A stretch of 64,000 nucleotides of DNA from an uncultured Clostridia bacterium (GCA_946403295.1 CAMIZL010000004.1:7113-71112), one strand, 5' to 3'. Counted from the first letter of the stretch, positions 44,428-53,930 are shown. Numbers and translations: made by a program. The notes: a model not told the origin generated them from the letters alone.

Positions 44428-46617
44428 ATGAGCAGACCTACGGCTTACAAAGGAAACGAAAAGTACATTTTTGTCAGTTATGCGCATAAGGACAGCGATG
44501 ACGTGCTACCGATCATTGAGGCGCTTCAGAGCGCATCGTATCGCGTGTGGTATGACGAGGGCATCGATCCCGGAAAAGATTGGGCGGGTGTCATCGGAAC
44601 GAACATCGAGAAGGCGGGCATCGTCCTTTTTTGCGCTTCGAAGAAGTCGGTCAAGAGGGATAACGTAAAGCGCGAGATAGCATTTGCGCATGAGAAGGGG
44701 ATACCCGTTCTCACGGTGACGATCGGGAACGTGAGCTTCCCTGCGGATCTTGAGAAGATCCTTTTCGTAAATCAGACCGTTTCGCTCAGAAGCTTTAAGA
44801 CCTACGGAGAATTCGTCGATGCGATCGCGGGTGTTTTAAGGGATGCGGGAACATATGCGACCGTGGCCGGAGCGGGCGGGGCGCCTCTCGGAAGGAAGAT
44901 CATGCTCGGCGCCAAATTAAAGCGCAGGAAGATCATCGTAAGGATCCTGGTTGCGCTCGCCGTTATTGCGGTTTTAGCTGTTGCGACATTCTTTATCGCA
45001 TTTAAGGATGTCCCCGACGTTATTGACATGGATACGCAAACAGCACGCGAAATGATAGAAGAAGCGGGCTTTGATTGTGATATAAGTAACGATTATTCCG
45101 ATACATATCCGTTCGGAAAGATATTCGCACAGAGCAGGAACGGTATCAACTTCCGTTTCATGCCCGTCATCATCAGGCAGAGTCTCGGACCCAAGGAAAA
45201 TCTGACCGATGTGCCCGACACCGTAACACATCATATCAGTGATGCGGCAACCATGCTTATCACCGCGGGCATGAAGAAATTTGAGATCTCACCCACACTC
45301 GGCACGGGCAGGGAGAATGCACATGTCGATGCGCAGAGCATACCTGCGGGACTTAGAGTGTCAAGAGACAATGTGATCGATCTTGAGGTCGCAACGGACG
45401 GTGGCGAGATCGTATTCGAGATCGCGGGCAAGTACTACGTGATCCGCGGAACCGCACCTGTAACCGTTGATGCGGATGATACGAGCAACCTAGAGCTTTA
45501 TGACGATCCTTCCGCTGTGCGCGCCGGCTCGGGTGATGATGACAAGAGCGGAACTGACGATCGCTCCACAATTGCCGATACGACATCCGGGGACGATGAG
45601 ACGGGTTCGGATGAAGCCGATGCAAACGACACGGAAGCCGAAAATGCGAATGAGACTGATAATGCAAATGACGCCGATAATGCGGATGAGGCCGATAATG
45701 CGGATGAGGCCGATGAATTGGCAGAGGGTGCATATGATAACGAAGTTGCGGAAGAAGTAGTTCCGGCTCCGACACCGACACCTACCCCTGTGCCTACGGC
45801 AACACCGACACCCACTCCCGTACCTACGGCAACACCGACACCTACTCCCGTGCCTACTGCAACGCCTACTCCCACACCTACTCCGAAGCCCACCGCAACA
45901 CCTACACCGACTCCCGTATCGGCGAAGTACAACAGCCTCGGCGGGAACAAGTGGGAGGTTTATAATCAGGCGGCCATGCAGGAGATCCATGATATGCCCA
46001 TGACTGCAGCGGAAGCCCGGTCGTACGGTGACGAATGGTTCGAAGGAGAGCACGCCAACGAAACATACAGCACTAACATGAAGATCATGGATGACTTTAC
46101 GATCAACACGGATCTGGGAGGGCTTTGGACTGTCGAAGTTCCTTCGGGAAGGACGCTTACGATCGCAAAGGGCGGTTTGCTTCAGGCGTGCGTTACTATA
46201 CAAAAGGGCGCAAAGATCGTTGTTGAATCGGGCGGCAAGCTCTGGTGTACACAGGGTGGTGAAGAGTGCATCATGAATTACGGCACCGTTGATGTCAAGT
46301 CGGGCGGACAGATCCAGAGTATGTTCGGAGGAACCTTTAACAACCTTTCGGGCGCGACACTCAATCTGAACGGAACCTTTAACTGCGGATCCGTTATGCA
46401 TAACGTGACTCCCGACGGCTCGATGGACCGTGCTGTATGGTTCGTGAACAAGGGAACCGTTAAGGGCAGCGGAAAAGCAACCATCTTCGGAGCTTTCCTC
46501 GGAAAATATACCGATGAGGAGATAGATGAATTCTTTAACTGGGGTGAGGAACAGCTCGCTGAAAGGCTCGGAAACAGCAGTATCACGACGAGTCAGAACA
46601 GGGATTATGATCCGTAA
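44428..46617 (+). CDS. single-pass membrane TIR-domain protein with extracytoplasmic PASTA-like modules, PT-rich linker and Gly-rich C-terminal domain
   Basis: 729 aa from ATG 44428 (GGAGG 9 nt upstream). TIR_2-like block ([41 protein letters not shown]...[33 protein letters not shown]). TM helix [29 protein letters not shown]-like [21 protein letters not shown] and [21 protein letters not shown]. Then a (PTPTPxPTAT)n linker. Confidence 0.85.
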   Translation: MSRPTAYKGNEKYIFVSYAHKDSDDVLPIIEALQSASYRVWYDEGIDPGKDWAGVIGTNIEKAGIVLFCASKKSVKRDNVKREIAFAHEKGIPVLTVTIGNVSFPADLEKILFVNQTVSLRSFKTYGEFVDAIAGVLRDAGTYATVAGAGGAPLGRKIMLGAKLKRRKIIVRILVALAVIAVLAVATFFIAFKDVPDVIDMDTQTAREMIEEAGFDCDISNDYSDTYPFGKIFAQSRNGINFRFMPVIIRQSLGPKENLTDVPDTVTHHISDAATMLITAGMKKFEISPTLGTGRENAHVDAQSIPAGLRVSRDNVIDLEVATDGGEIVFEIAGKYYVIRGTAPVTVDADDTSNLELYDDPSAVRAGSGDDDKSGTDDRSTIADTTSGDDETGSDEADANDTEAENANETDNANDADNADEADNADEADELAEGAYDNEVAEEVVPAPTPTPTPVPTATPTPTPVPTATPTPTPVPTATPTPTPTPKPTATPTPTPVSAKYNSLGGNKWEVYNQAAMQEIHDMPMTAAEARSYGDEWFEGEHANETYSTNMKIMDDFTINTDLGGLWTVEVPSGRTLTIAKGGLLQACVTIQKGAKIVVESGGKLWCTQGGEECIMNYGTVDVKSGGQIQSMFGGTFNNLSGATLNLNGTFNCGSVMHNVTPDGSMDRAVWFVNKGTVKGSGKATIFGAFLGKYTDEEIDEFFNWGEEQLAERLGNSSITTSQNRDYDP

Positions 46618-46636
46618 CAGACTGTACGCACAAAGA

Positions 46637-46702
46637 CGGATAAGCACAACACTACAGTATACACAACGCCGGATAAGCACAACACTACAGTATGCACAAC
46701 GC
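46637..46702. repeat. 33-bp tandem duplication (2 units) just after the TIR-PASTA stop codon
   Basis: cggataagcacaacactacagtat(a/g)cacaacgc occurs at 46637-69 and 46670-702. Confidence 0.95.
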
Positions 46703-46707
46703 TTTTC

Positions 46708-46771
46708 CTGCCACGTGTATTTTTCCAAAAACGCTGACGCCGAATTGTTTTTGGGAAAACACACGGTCGCG
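46708..46771. repeat. dispersed ~65-bp hairpin element (copy B)
   Basis: ctgccacgtgtatttttccaaaaacgctgacgccgaattgtttttgggaaaacacacggtcgcg is ~90% identical to 28458-28522. Confidence 0.9.
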
Positions 46772-46797
46772 GAAAAGCTCGTCAACAATTTGGAAGA

Positions 46798-48441
46798 GTG
46801 AAGGAAAAAGAAACGTTGAAGAAACATTGTATTCCCCTTGTCCTGGGAGTTACGGGACACAGGGACATCACTCCTGATGACGCCAGACTCGCCCGGGATG
46901 TCGTGAAAAAAGAGATCAAGAGGCTCGCGGCACTTGCTCCCGACACTCCTTTGGAGCTGCTCTCGAGCCTTGCGGCGGGGGCGGACAGGATCGTTGCAGA
47001 GGTGGCTCTTGAAGAAGGGATACCTCTCACTGTCATCCTCCCCATGAAGTCGGAGCTTTACGAGGAGGACTTTAACCCCGAAGAGATCACGGAGTACAGG
47101 GAGCTTCTCTCACGCGCATCAAACGTCTTCGTTGCGCCCGAGATCGAGGATCACAAAGAAGGTCGCGACTTCCTCTACCGTCAGGCCGGGATCTACGTAG
47201 CATCGCATTCACATGTGCTCATAGCGCTCTGGGACGGTTCGGAGCCGAAACGCGGGGGATGCGGAACCGCTGAGACAGTGGACATCAAGCTCAAGGGAAG
47301 CCTCGAACTCAGCAAGGCACCGGGCTTTTCTCCCGAGAAAGGCTACGTGATACATATCCCTGTAAGAAGAGGTGGAGTGGAACCTTTCCCCGAAAGGACC
47401 ATCACACCGAACTATCTCGGAGATGAGAAGACCTTTAACAGAGTTATCGAAAGAACTGAAGAGTTTAACAGGAGCGCCATGAAGCTCGCCACGAAGGGAG
47501 AAATCGCATCGCAGGCTTCACTCGCCGGGTCGGAGCATGATACCGGGAACGAGCGCGCTTTCGAGCGTATGTCGAGGGTCGGATGCGCAGCGGATCTCAG
47601 CAGTGTGAAGGGAGCCGGGAGACACAGGATCACGGTCGGGTTGATCGCCGTGATGGCGACGCTCCTTACGATGTCGTTCCTTCTTTATGATGAAGCAAAC
47701 ATTCATTACCTGATCGTTGGCTGCGGCGTGATGATCGTGGGTATATACGTTCTGAACCTGCTTGCCCGGAAGCGTGACTTCCATCGCAAGTATCTTGAGT
47801 ACAGACTGCTCGCGGAGGCGCTTCGTGTTCAGAGCGCACTTATCGAGGCAGGTGTTTATGCCGAGACCTTCGAGATGCTCTCGTGGGCACAGAAGCTCGA
47901 GACACCGTGGATCAGCCGTGCGCTGGCTGCTATCTGCATCTACGATCCCGATTCGCTCACGCTGACCGGTACGACTGTCAACTGGATCAACGGACAGCTC
48001 TCGTATCATAAGCGAGCTGTGGAACGCGCCAAGGCTCAGTCGAAAGCGAACGACAGGATAGTGCACGTCGCTGTCGCGATCACCGTGGCAGTGTACATGG
48101 CGGCACTCGTGTTCGAGATCTTCTGGGCAGGAACCTTCGGAGGAAGCGCGAAGCTAAAAGAAGTCGACGCCGAGTTCGTAAGGACCATCTTCAAGCTTGC
48201 CACCGGGTCGCTCTCGGCGATCTCGCTCTTTGCCGGAAGTTATTACGGCAAGCTCTCGCTTGACCAGTGGGCGCGCGATTCCGAAAGAATGGTGCTGCTC
48301 TATGAGGAAGCAAACGCAGCCAAGGAGAACTGCCGCGACCTCGGAGAGCTTTGTGTGAGCCTCGCAAGGGAGGAGTTGTCGGAGAACATGCGGTGGTACG
48401 CGTACCAGAGCGTAAACAGTCCCGACACGCCTATCAGTTGA
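46798..48441 (+). CDS. SLOG/LOG-like Rossmann domain fused to four TM helices (two SLATT-like 2TM units)
   Basis: 547 aa. The start is uncertain: GTG 46798, or TTG 46816, which has better spacing from GAAGGAAA. N-terminal motifs LGVTGHRD, AAGADRIVAEVALEEGIPL, LIALWDG and RGGCGTAETV. TM pairs are ITVGLIAVMATLLTMSFLLY with YLIVGCGVMIVGIYVLNLL, and VHVAVAITVAVYMAALVFEIF with FKLATGSLSAISLFAGSYY. Each pair is followed by an amphipathic helix. Confidence 0.7.
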   Translation: MKEKETLKKHCIPLVLGVTGHRDITPDDARLARDVVKKEIKRLAALAPDTPLELLSSLAAGADRIVAEVALEEGIPLTVILPMKSELYEEDFNPEEITEYRELLSRASNVFVAPEIEDHKEGRDFLYRQAGIYVASHSHVLIALWDGSEPKRGGCGTAETVDIKLKGSLELSKAPGFSPEKGYVIHIPVRRGGVEPFPERTITPNYLGDEKTFNRVIERTEEFNRSAMKLATKGEIASQASLAGSEHDTGNERAFERMSRVGCAADLSSVKGAGRHRITVGLIAVMATLLTMSFLLYDEANIHYLIVGCGVMIVGIYVLNLLARKRDFHRKYLEYRLLAEALRVQSALIEAGVYAETFEMLSWAQKLETPWISRALAAICIYDPDSLTLTGTTVNWINGQLSYHKRAVERAKAQSKANDRIVHVAVAITVAVYMAALVFEIFWAGTFGGSAKLKEVDAEFVRTIFKLATGSLSAISLFAGSYYGKLSLDQWARDSERMVLLYEEANAAKENCRDLGELCVSLAREELSENMRWYAYQSVNSPDTPIS

Positions 48442-48720
48442 ACGGCGCGGTGTATCCTTTTGTACTAATGAACAAATTGTTGGATTTGTTGATATTTTAC
48501 GCAAAATTGTGTAACCGGTAGGATTTTGATAACAATATGGTTAATTCAAATGGTTTTAAACGCAAAGATAGAGACAGTAGATGTGGGTATCGTTTTACAA
48601 CAAAACGTTGAGGCACGTACAATTATTCTACAGTAATTTTACTTGTAGAAAGCAAATTCAACAGCTAGAATCATGATAGATACGCAGCCCGGGAACAGTC
48701 CCGGGGAAAGGGGAATTGTC

Positions 48721-49611
48721 ATGAAGAGAACAGTTTATTTAACGCTTATGCTGATCGGGCTTATGGCAGCCTGCATTCTTACGGGATGCAAATCCGGGAC
48801 AAAGCTCGAAAACCTTGTCGTTGACAAAGAGAATAATATTATTTCATGTGAGTATGAGGGCGTTAAACGCGAAATCATCGTAAGTCTGCCCGAAACGGCG
48901 AAGAATGCTCCGCTTATCGTCATGCTTCATGGGGCCGGGGATTCGGCAGACAACTTCCTAAAATCCTCGGGGTTTGACAAAGAAGCGAACGAAAAGGGCT
49001 ATGCTGTCTGCTTTATCTCCGGTTCGATCAATTCGAAGGCAGGAAGAAATTCGCGCAGCTGGAACTATGGAAGGATCGATACCGACTATGATGATGTTTC
49101 GTTCATAAAGGAAGTGGTAAAGTACGTCTGCGATGAGTATTCGCTTGACGATGATGATGTCTACTGCGCGGGATTCTCGAACGGAGGTTTCATGAACTTC
49201 AGGCTCGCGCTTGAGGCTCAGGACGTGTTTAAGGCCTGTGTCAGTGTCGGGGGCGATCTCTGTAAGACTCTCTGGAACAAGAAACCCGAAAAGAATGATG
49301 TGAGTTTTATGGCCGTGGCCGGCGAAAAGGACGAGTCGGTTCCAAAAAACGCTGATGGGACGGCCAAGACTTCACTTGATCCCGCGATCGAGGACGTTAT
49401 AGAGTATCTTGCCGATTCGAACGGGCTCGCAAAGCAGTCCGAGAGCGAAATCGGAAAGGGGTCGACCATAGTTAAATACGGTGCGGACGGTGACAATGAT
49501 GCCGTATGGTATGTGGTTGTTAAGGATGGGAAGCACGGATGGCCGACAGTGAAACTTAATGATTTCAGTATGAATCAGTTGGTACTGGAGTTCTTCGCAA
49601 GTATTAAATGA
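48721..49611 (+). CDS. lipoprotein alpha/beta-hydrolase (esterase/PHB-depolymerase-like)
   Basis: 296 aa from ATG 48721. Lipobox (AACILTGC), oxyanion region (IVMLHGAG) and nucleophile elbow (GFSNGG). Confidence 0.8.
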   Translation: MKRTVYLTLMLIGLMAACILTGCKSGTKLENLVVDKENNIISCEYEGVKREIIVSLPETAKNAPLIVMLHGAGDSADNFLKSSGFDKEANEKGYAVCFISGSINSKAGRNSRSWNYGRIDTDYDDVSFIKEVVKYVCDEYSLDDDDVYCAGFSNGGFMNFRLALEAQDVFKACVSVGGDLCKTLWNKKPEKNDVSFMAVAGEKDESVPKNADGTAKTSLDPAIEDVIEYLADSNGLAKQSESEIGKGSTIVKYGADGDNDAVWYVVVKDGKHGWPTVKLNDFSMNQLVLEFFASIK

Positions 49612-49976
49612 TCATTTCAGGTATATAAACCGAAGGTAAGTAACCGAGGGGTACCGGGTATTGTTACATAAAGTAATAAATGAATGATCATTGACAAAGA
49701 GTCTGATAACAGAAAAAGCTATCGGACGGTGGCTCAGTTCTAAGATTATAAGTATATAAGAAGATCCGGGAAGGAGGATTGATCCTGCCCCGGATCTTTG
49801 CATTACGTGAACAAGTGAATCTAATTAAATACACGGAACATGAACACGGAATAAAAAGTACCGCAAAAGTTATGTTTTTATATCGGTTTTTGTTGATTTT
49901 AGAGCCGAATCGGAGTATCATGAGATGTATATAACGTCGGCATAAGGCAGACGTATTTACCCCAAAGGAGGTACTC

Positions 49977-52900
49977 ATGAAACAGTTTATTAAACGACTT
50001 GTTGTTTTTGCTGTTGCTTTTACACTTGTCATCGGCTTATTGCCCGGTAACAGTGCGGAAGCAGCTTCGAAGAAGAGCAAGAAGAAGACGATCGTCGTAA
50101 CAACACAGGAAGAACTTGTTGCTGCACTTAAGAAGTACGGTTCTTCAAATTCAAAGGTAAAGATCAAGATTGAAACTACCGAAGCAAGTACTTTTACACT
50201 CAGCGCAAAGTACAGCTCGGACAGTATTCAGATCGTAGTTGATGCTCCCAATGCCACCATTAAGAGTAAGGCAAAGGTTTCGAGCATTACCATCAATGAA
50301 GCAAAGTCCGTTAAGGAATATGCTTCGGGTAACAAGATCACCGTCAACGATGAGAAGCTTACCTTTACCGCCATGGAGAATGCTTCGGTTGAGAAGCTGA
50401 CGATCGCCTCCGAGACAGGTACCGTTAAGGTTGTCAACAACGGTGGGATCGAGAAAGTTGCCGTTAAGAGCGAAGTTAAGGTCGACTTAACACAGAACGG
50501 TGAAATGGGACGTGTTTATGTCGGTGCAGCCGCTGACATAAGCGTTAGCGGAACGTCCGAGGAGAGCCTTAAGGTTACGGTTCAGAAGGATGCAGTCGGT
50601 GCGTCGGTTAAGTCCGAAGTTCCGGTCAGTGTTAACGCCTATGCTGACGTTGATCTTACACTCGAGAAGGGTGCCGAGAGCTCAAAGGTCACAATGAAGG
50701 AAGAGACCGCGGGCGTTAAGCTTGAGAACAAAACTGAAGAGACGATATCCGTAAAGGATACCGAAGGAAATACCCAAAAGGTTGAAACGGGCGAGGAGAT
50801 CACCTCGGACAATTATGTCGGAAAGCAGGATGAGACAACCGAAAAGCCCCCTGTTGTCGAAGATGAAAAGAAGGAAGAAGAGAAGAAGGAAGAGGAAAAG
50901 AAGCCTGAGCCTACAAATGCTCCTTTGCCCACACCCGATCCCGAACCCTACGTTCCTTATGTAAGTCCCGAAGAACAGTTGCAAGACAAGCTTACAGCAG
51001 CAGGAAAATCGCAGAACGACGGAGAAGCATGGCTTACCCAAAACATCACGCTCAAAAAGGATCTTTATGTTCCTTCCGGCGTGGGTCTTGTCCTTGACGG
51101 ATATACGCTCAATGCAGATTCAAACAAGATAGTACTTGGGCCTGATGCGAGGATCGTATTGTTCCCCGGAAGTAAGCTTATTGTCGGAAATGACCCGTTT
51201 ATTTATGAAGATGACGGCAAAGGATTCAATCATGTTGAATTCCAGCTTGAGTTTGATGCGTCTATACAGATCGGAGATTACACCATCGTCGGTATTGGCA
51301 GTGATTTTGATCCCGTTGCGACAAGGATAATCATTGAAACAAGTCTCAGGCATGAAATGGTTCGACAGTATCCGGAGGAAGAGGTCAGTGATTCAAATCC
51401 TGAAAGTGAATTAATTTTTACGGAAAGAAATGTAAGATTCGATTTCATGGGTGAATCGTTCGATATTTTCACCGAATCCGGAACCTATGAAGGATTTGCC
51501 GGGGTTTTCGGTGGAGACAGAGCATATTGGGTCGATATGGACGGAGACTACAGGCCGCAGAACGGAGAAACGCTCACAAGCCTTGAGATCAATCCTCTTT
51601 CAAATGTTCTTTATGACGAGAGAAAAGTGACGTTTAAGGGTAAAACGATTTATAGTGCAACTGTCGGAGTAGAGGACTGGCTTAATGTTTATCTTGATCC
51701 CGATATGGTTTGGTCCGCATTTAAAGCGGTCGAGCAGAAAAGGGCAGTTCCCGACGTTATCGAAGTACCTGAAAAAGAAGGGGATCCTCTGGTAGTTACC
51801 ATACCTGGGCCGATAACACTGACGAAGAATGTTTATGTTCGCAAAGGTGCTACGCTTATCGCGGATGAGATAAATTATGCCCTGTCAGACCCTGTTCAAG
51901 GACCCGTGGGCGGAGATCTTTTGAATGCTCCCGGAATCAGTGTGAGAGGAACTCTCAAAATAAACAGGATCACTTCCACCGGAAGCATTGATGAGAATCA
52001 GGAACTCATTAAGATGCAGGGTGCGGACAGTATTCTTGAGATGGGTGGCAAAATCTATAAGATCGATACAAATGATCAGAGATTTACAGATGATCCGAAT
52101 GCTACCGCTTATTCGTATTTCTGCTGGAATATCCCCAAGCAGTATTATGGGTATCAGTTATACACATGGGAGTTTGAGGAAGGATTTAAAATCCTTTGTT
52201 CCAATGATGACGGAGAGAATTTCGTTGAAGTTGTAAAACATCCTTTCGAGGCAGAGCTTGTGACACCCGATACCCTACTTGTAACCAAGGATTCGGATCA
52301 GGTTTACAGCCTTATACAGAGCACATCAAGATGGATGGACTGGTCGGATACGGATGAATTTAAAGATGAGATCTATGCCGGCAAAACACTTGATGAGAAA
52401 TATGCTATAGCAGCCGGTGACAGACTTGACTTCACCTCGGCAACTCTCTCGGCGCAGGATAAAAATGGGAATAAAGTGCCTCTGGTAATAGAGGAATTTG
52501 TGAGAGATGAGGAAGGCGAATTAACAGATGAACGCACATGGCTGGAGGTCTGCGGAATGACTCTGACGGCAGATCCCGAAATCACGGTTACATTGGCATC
52601 CGGTGCCGAGATGAGAATCAGACGCGGATCGAACCTGATCATGGAATCAATAAGTGCCGATAACGCAGGAAAATTTATTCTCGGAAGCACTCTTAGGAAA
52701 AATGATAAGGGCGAAAATGAGATAGACAGATCCGGAAGGATCACTGTTGATTGGGGCGGAAAGGTCACAATCGGAAATTATGTTTTTGCAACACAGAATT
52801 ATCAAAATGATTTTGATAGCGGTAATTTCGGACTTTCGCTTGATGTAGTTACGGATGGAAAGGGCAGTCCTGTGGTCAGGATGCAGATTCCCGAGAATAT

Positions 52901-53819
52901 CATCATAACCACACTTGACGGCAGCTCTGTAACAGCAGAAGGTCTTAATGCATTAGGAATGAAGATTGAGATCTCTAACAAAGAACAAATGGACGAGAAG
53001 GACGAGATCAAACGAAACGGTATATTCCCGTCGATCAGTCTCGGAAATGATCGCTTACTGTTCGTTACAAGAGACGGAGGACAGTTCGCAGAAGGAAAAG
53101 TCACCTTCGCGAACTCAAGCACAGATAACGGAGAATTTGTTGCGGGATCGATCGAAGACCTGAAAGCAATCAGCCTCTACATTAAGGGCATTAACGGTGA
53201 AGCAGGAAGAGGTTATCCTGACGATAAAGGCATAACCATCTCTTATGTATCGGATAGTGACAAAGTTAGTTTTGATGCCATTACACTTGATCTGATGGGT
53301 AAGATTGTATTTAGCGACAATATTACAGAGATCGGCCTTGCTAATCGATCCAAAGTGACAGTTTCGATGGAAGTAAAGAGCGGATGCAGGCTGCAGGTCG
53401 GGAGTGATTGTTATCTGGGAACCTCAAAGGTCGACGATACAGTGATCTACGGAAATCTCTCGATTTATGATAGAGGCGTGTTCAGATCTCAGATGGATCA
53501 TGGGCTCGTGATCGCCAGCGGTGCTTCGTTCCATATCGGGAATGGTCGTTTTGAGTGCGAATGCGTAAGATACCCTGTCGAAGGTCAATCGGAGACTTAC
53601 AGTTATGTGTTCGGGTTCGCTAATAACAGTGATAATTTAACCTTAAATGGTCAGGGCGGAATCTTTGTATTTGTTGAATATAAAGACGGTGCTCCGGAAT
53701 TTACCGATGATGAGTTTAATACTCTTTTAAATCATGTCCGAGGAGAAGCTCGCGAAAAACTATCGGTTTATAAGTACACTGAACCGGAACAGCCCGCAGC
53801 GGAGGCACCCAGAACGTGA
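49977..53819 (+). CDS. very large secreted protein of unknown function
   Basis: 1280 aa with RBS AAAGGAGG and a signal peptide (RLVVFAVAFTLVIGLLPGNSAEA). Then a Lys/Glu and Pro-rich spacer (EKKEEEKKEEEKKPEPTNAPLPTPDPEP). I recognise no catalytic motif, and the region is visibly A+T-richer than neighbouring housekeeping genes. Confidence 0.75.
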   Translation: MKQFIKRLVVFAVAFTLVIGLLPGNSAEAASKKSKKKTIVVTTQEELVAALKKYGSSNSKVKIKIETTEASTFTLSAKYSSDSIQIVVDAPNATIKSKAKVSSITINEAKSVKEYASGNKITVNDEKLTFTAMENASVEKLTIASETGTVKVVNNGGIEKVAVKSEVKVDLTQNGEMGRVYVGAAADISVSGTSEESLKVTVQKDAVGASVKSEVPVSVNAYADVDLTLEKGAESSKVTMKEETAGVKLENKTEETISVKDTEGNTQKVETGEEITSDNYVGKQDETTEKPPVVEDEKKEEEKKEEEKKPEPTNAPLPTPDPEPYVPYVSPEEQLQDKLTAAGKSQNDGEAWLTQNITLKKDLYVPSGVGLVLDGYTLNADSNKIVLGPDARIVLFPGSKLIVGNDPFIYEDDGKGFNHVEFQLEFDASIQIGDYTIVGIGSDFDPVATRIIIETSLRHEMVRQYPEEEVSDSNPESELIFTERNVRFDFMGESFDIFTESGTYEGFAGVFGGDRAYWVDMDGDYRPQNGETLTSLEINPLSNVLYDERKVTFKGKTIYSATVGVEDWLNVYLDPDMVWSAFKAVEQKRAVPDVIEVPEKEGDPLVVTIPGPITLTKNVYVRKGATLIADEINYALSDPVQGPVGGDLLNAPGISVRGTLKINRITSTGSIDENQELIKMQGADSILEMGGKIYKIDTNDQRFTDDPNATAYSYFCWNIPKQYYGYQLYTWEFEEGFKILCSNDDGENFVEVVKHPFEAELVTPDTLLVTKDSDQVYSLIQSTSRWMDWSDTDEFKDEIYAGKTLDEKYAIAAGDRLDFTSATLSAQDKNGNKVPLVIEEFVRDEEGELTDERTWLEVCGMTLTADPEITVTLASGAEMRIRRGSNLIMESISADNAGKFILGSTLRKNDKGENEIDRSGRITVDWGGKVTIGNYVFATQNYQNDFDSGNFGLSLDVVTDGKGSPVVRMQIPENIIITTLDGSSVTAEGLNALGMKIEISNKEQMDEKDEIKRNGIFPSISLGNDRLLFVTRDGGQFAEGKVTFANSSTDNGEFVAGSIEDLKAISLYIKGINGEAGRGYPDDKGITISYVSDSDKVSFDAITLDLMGKIVFSDNITEIGLANRSKVTVSMEVKSGCRLQVGSDCYLGTSKVDDTVIYGNLSIYDRGVFRSQMDHGLVIASGASFHIGNGRFECECVRYPVEGQSETYSYVFGFANNSDNLTLNGQGGIFVFVEYKDGAPEFTDDEFNTLLNHVRGEAREKLSVYKYTEPEQPAAEAPRT

Positions 53820-53892
53820 GCTTTGGTGTGAATACTGCCCGGTAAGAGCGGTACAGCCACCGAAGGAAAGACGATAGTACATAATTACAGAA

Positions 53893-53930
53893 AGAGAAGG
53901 GCCTTCAAATGAAGACCCTTCTCTTTTTAT
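53893..53930 (+). terminator. intrinsic terminator of the large secreted-protein gene
   Basis: agagaaggg / loop / cccttctct followed by ttttat. Confidence 0.7.

Noticed and set aside
45490-46860. 456-aa - strand ORF opposite the TIR-PASTA gene (also 45353-45781 and 45498-45950)
   Set aside because: These are shadow ORFs kept open by the low-complexity PT-rich and acidic coding repeats on the + strand. There is no start context or motif.
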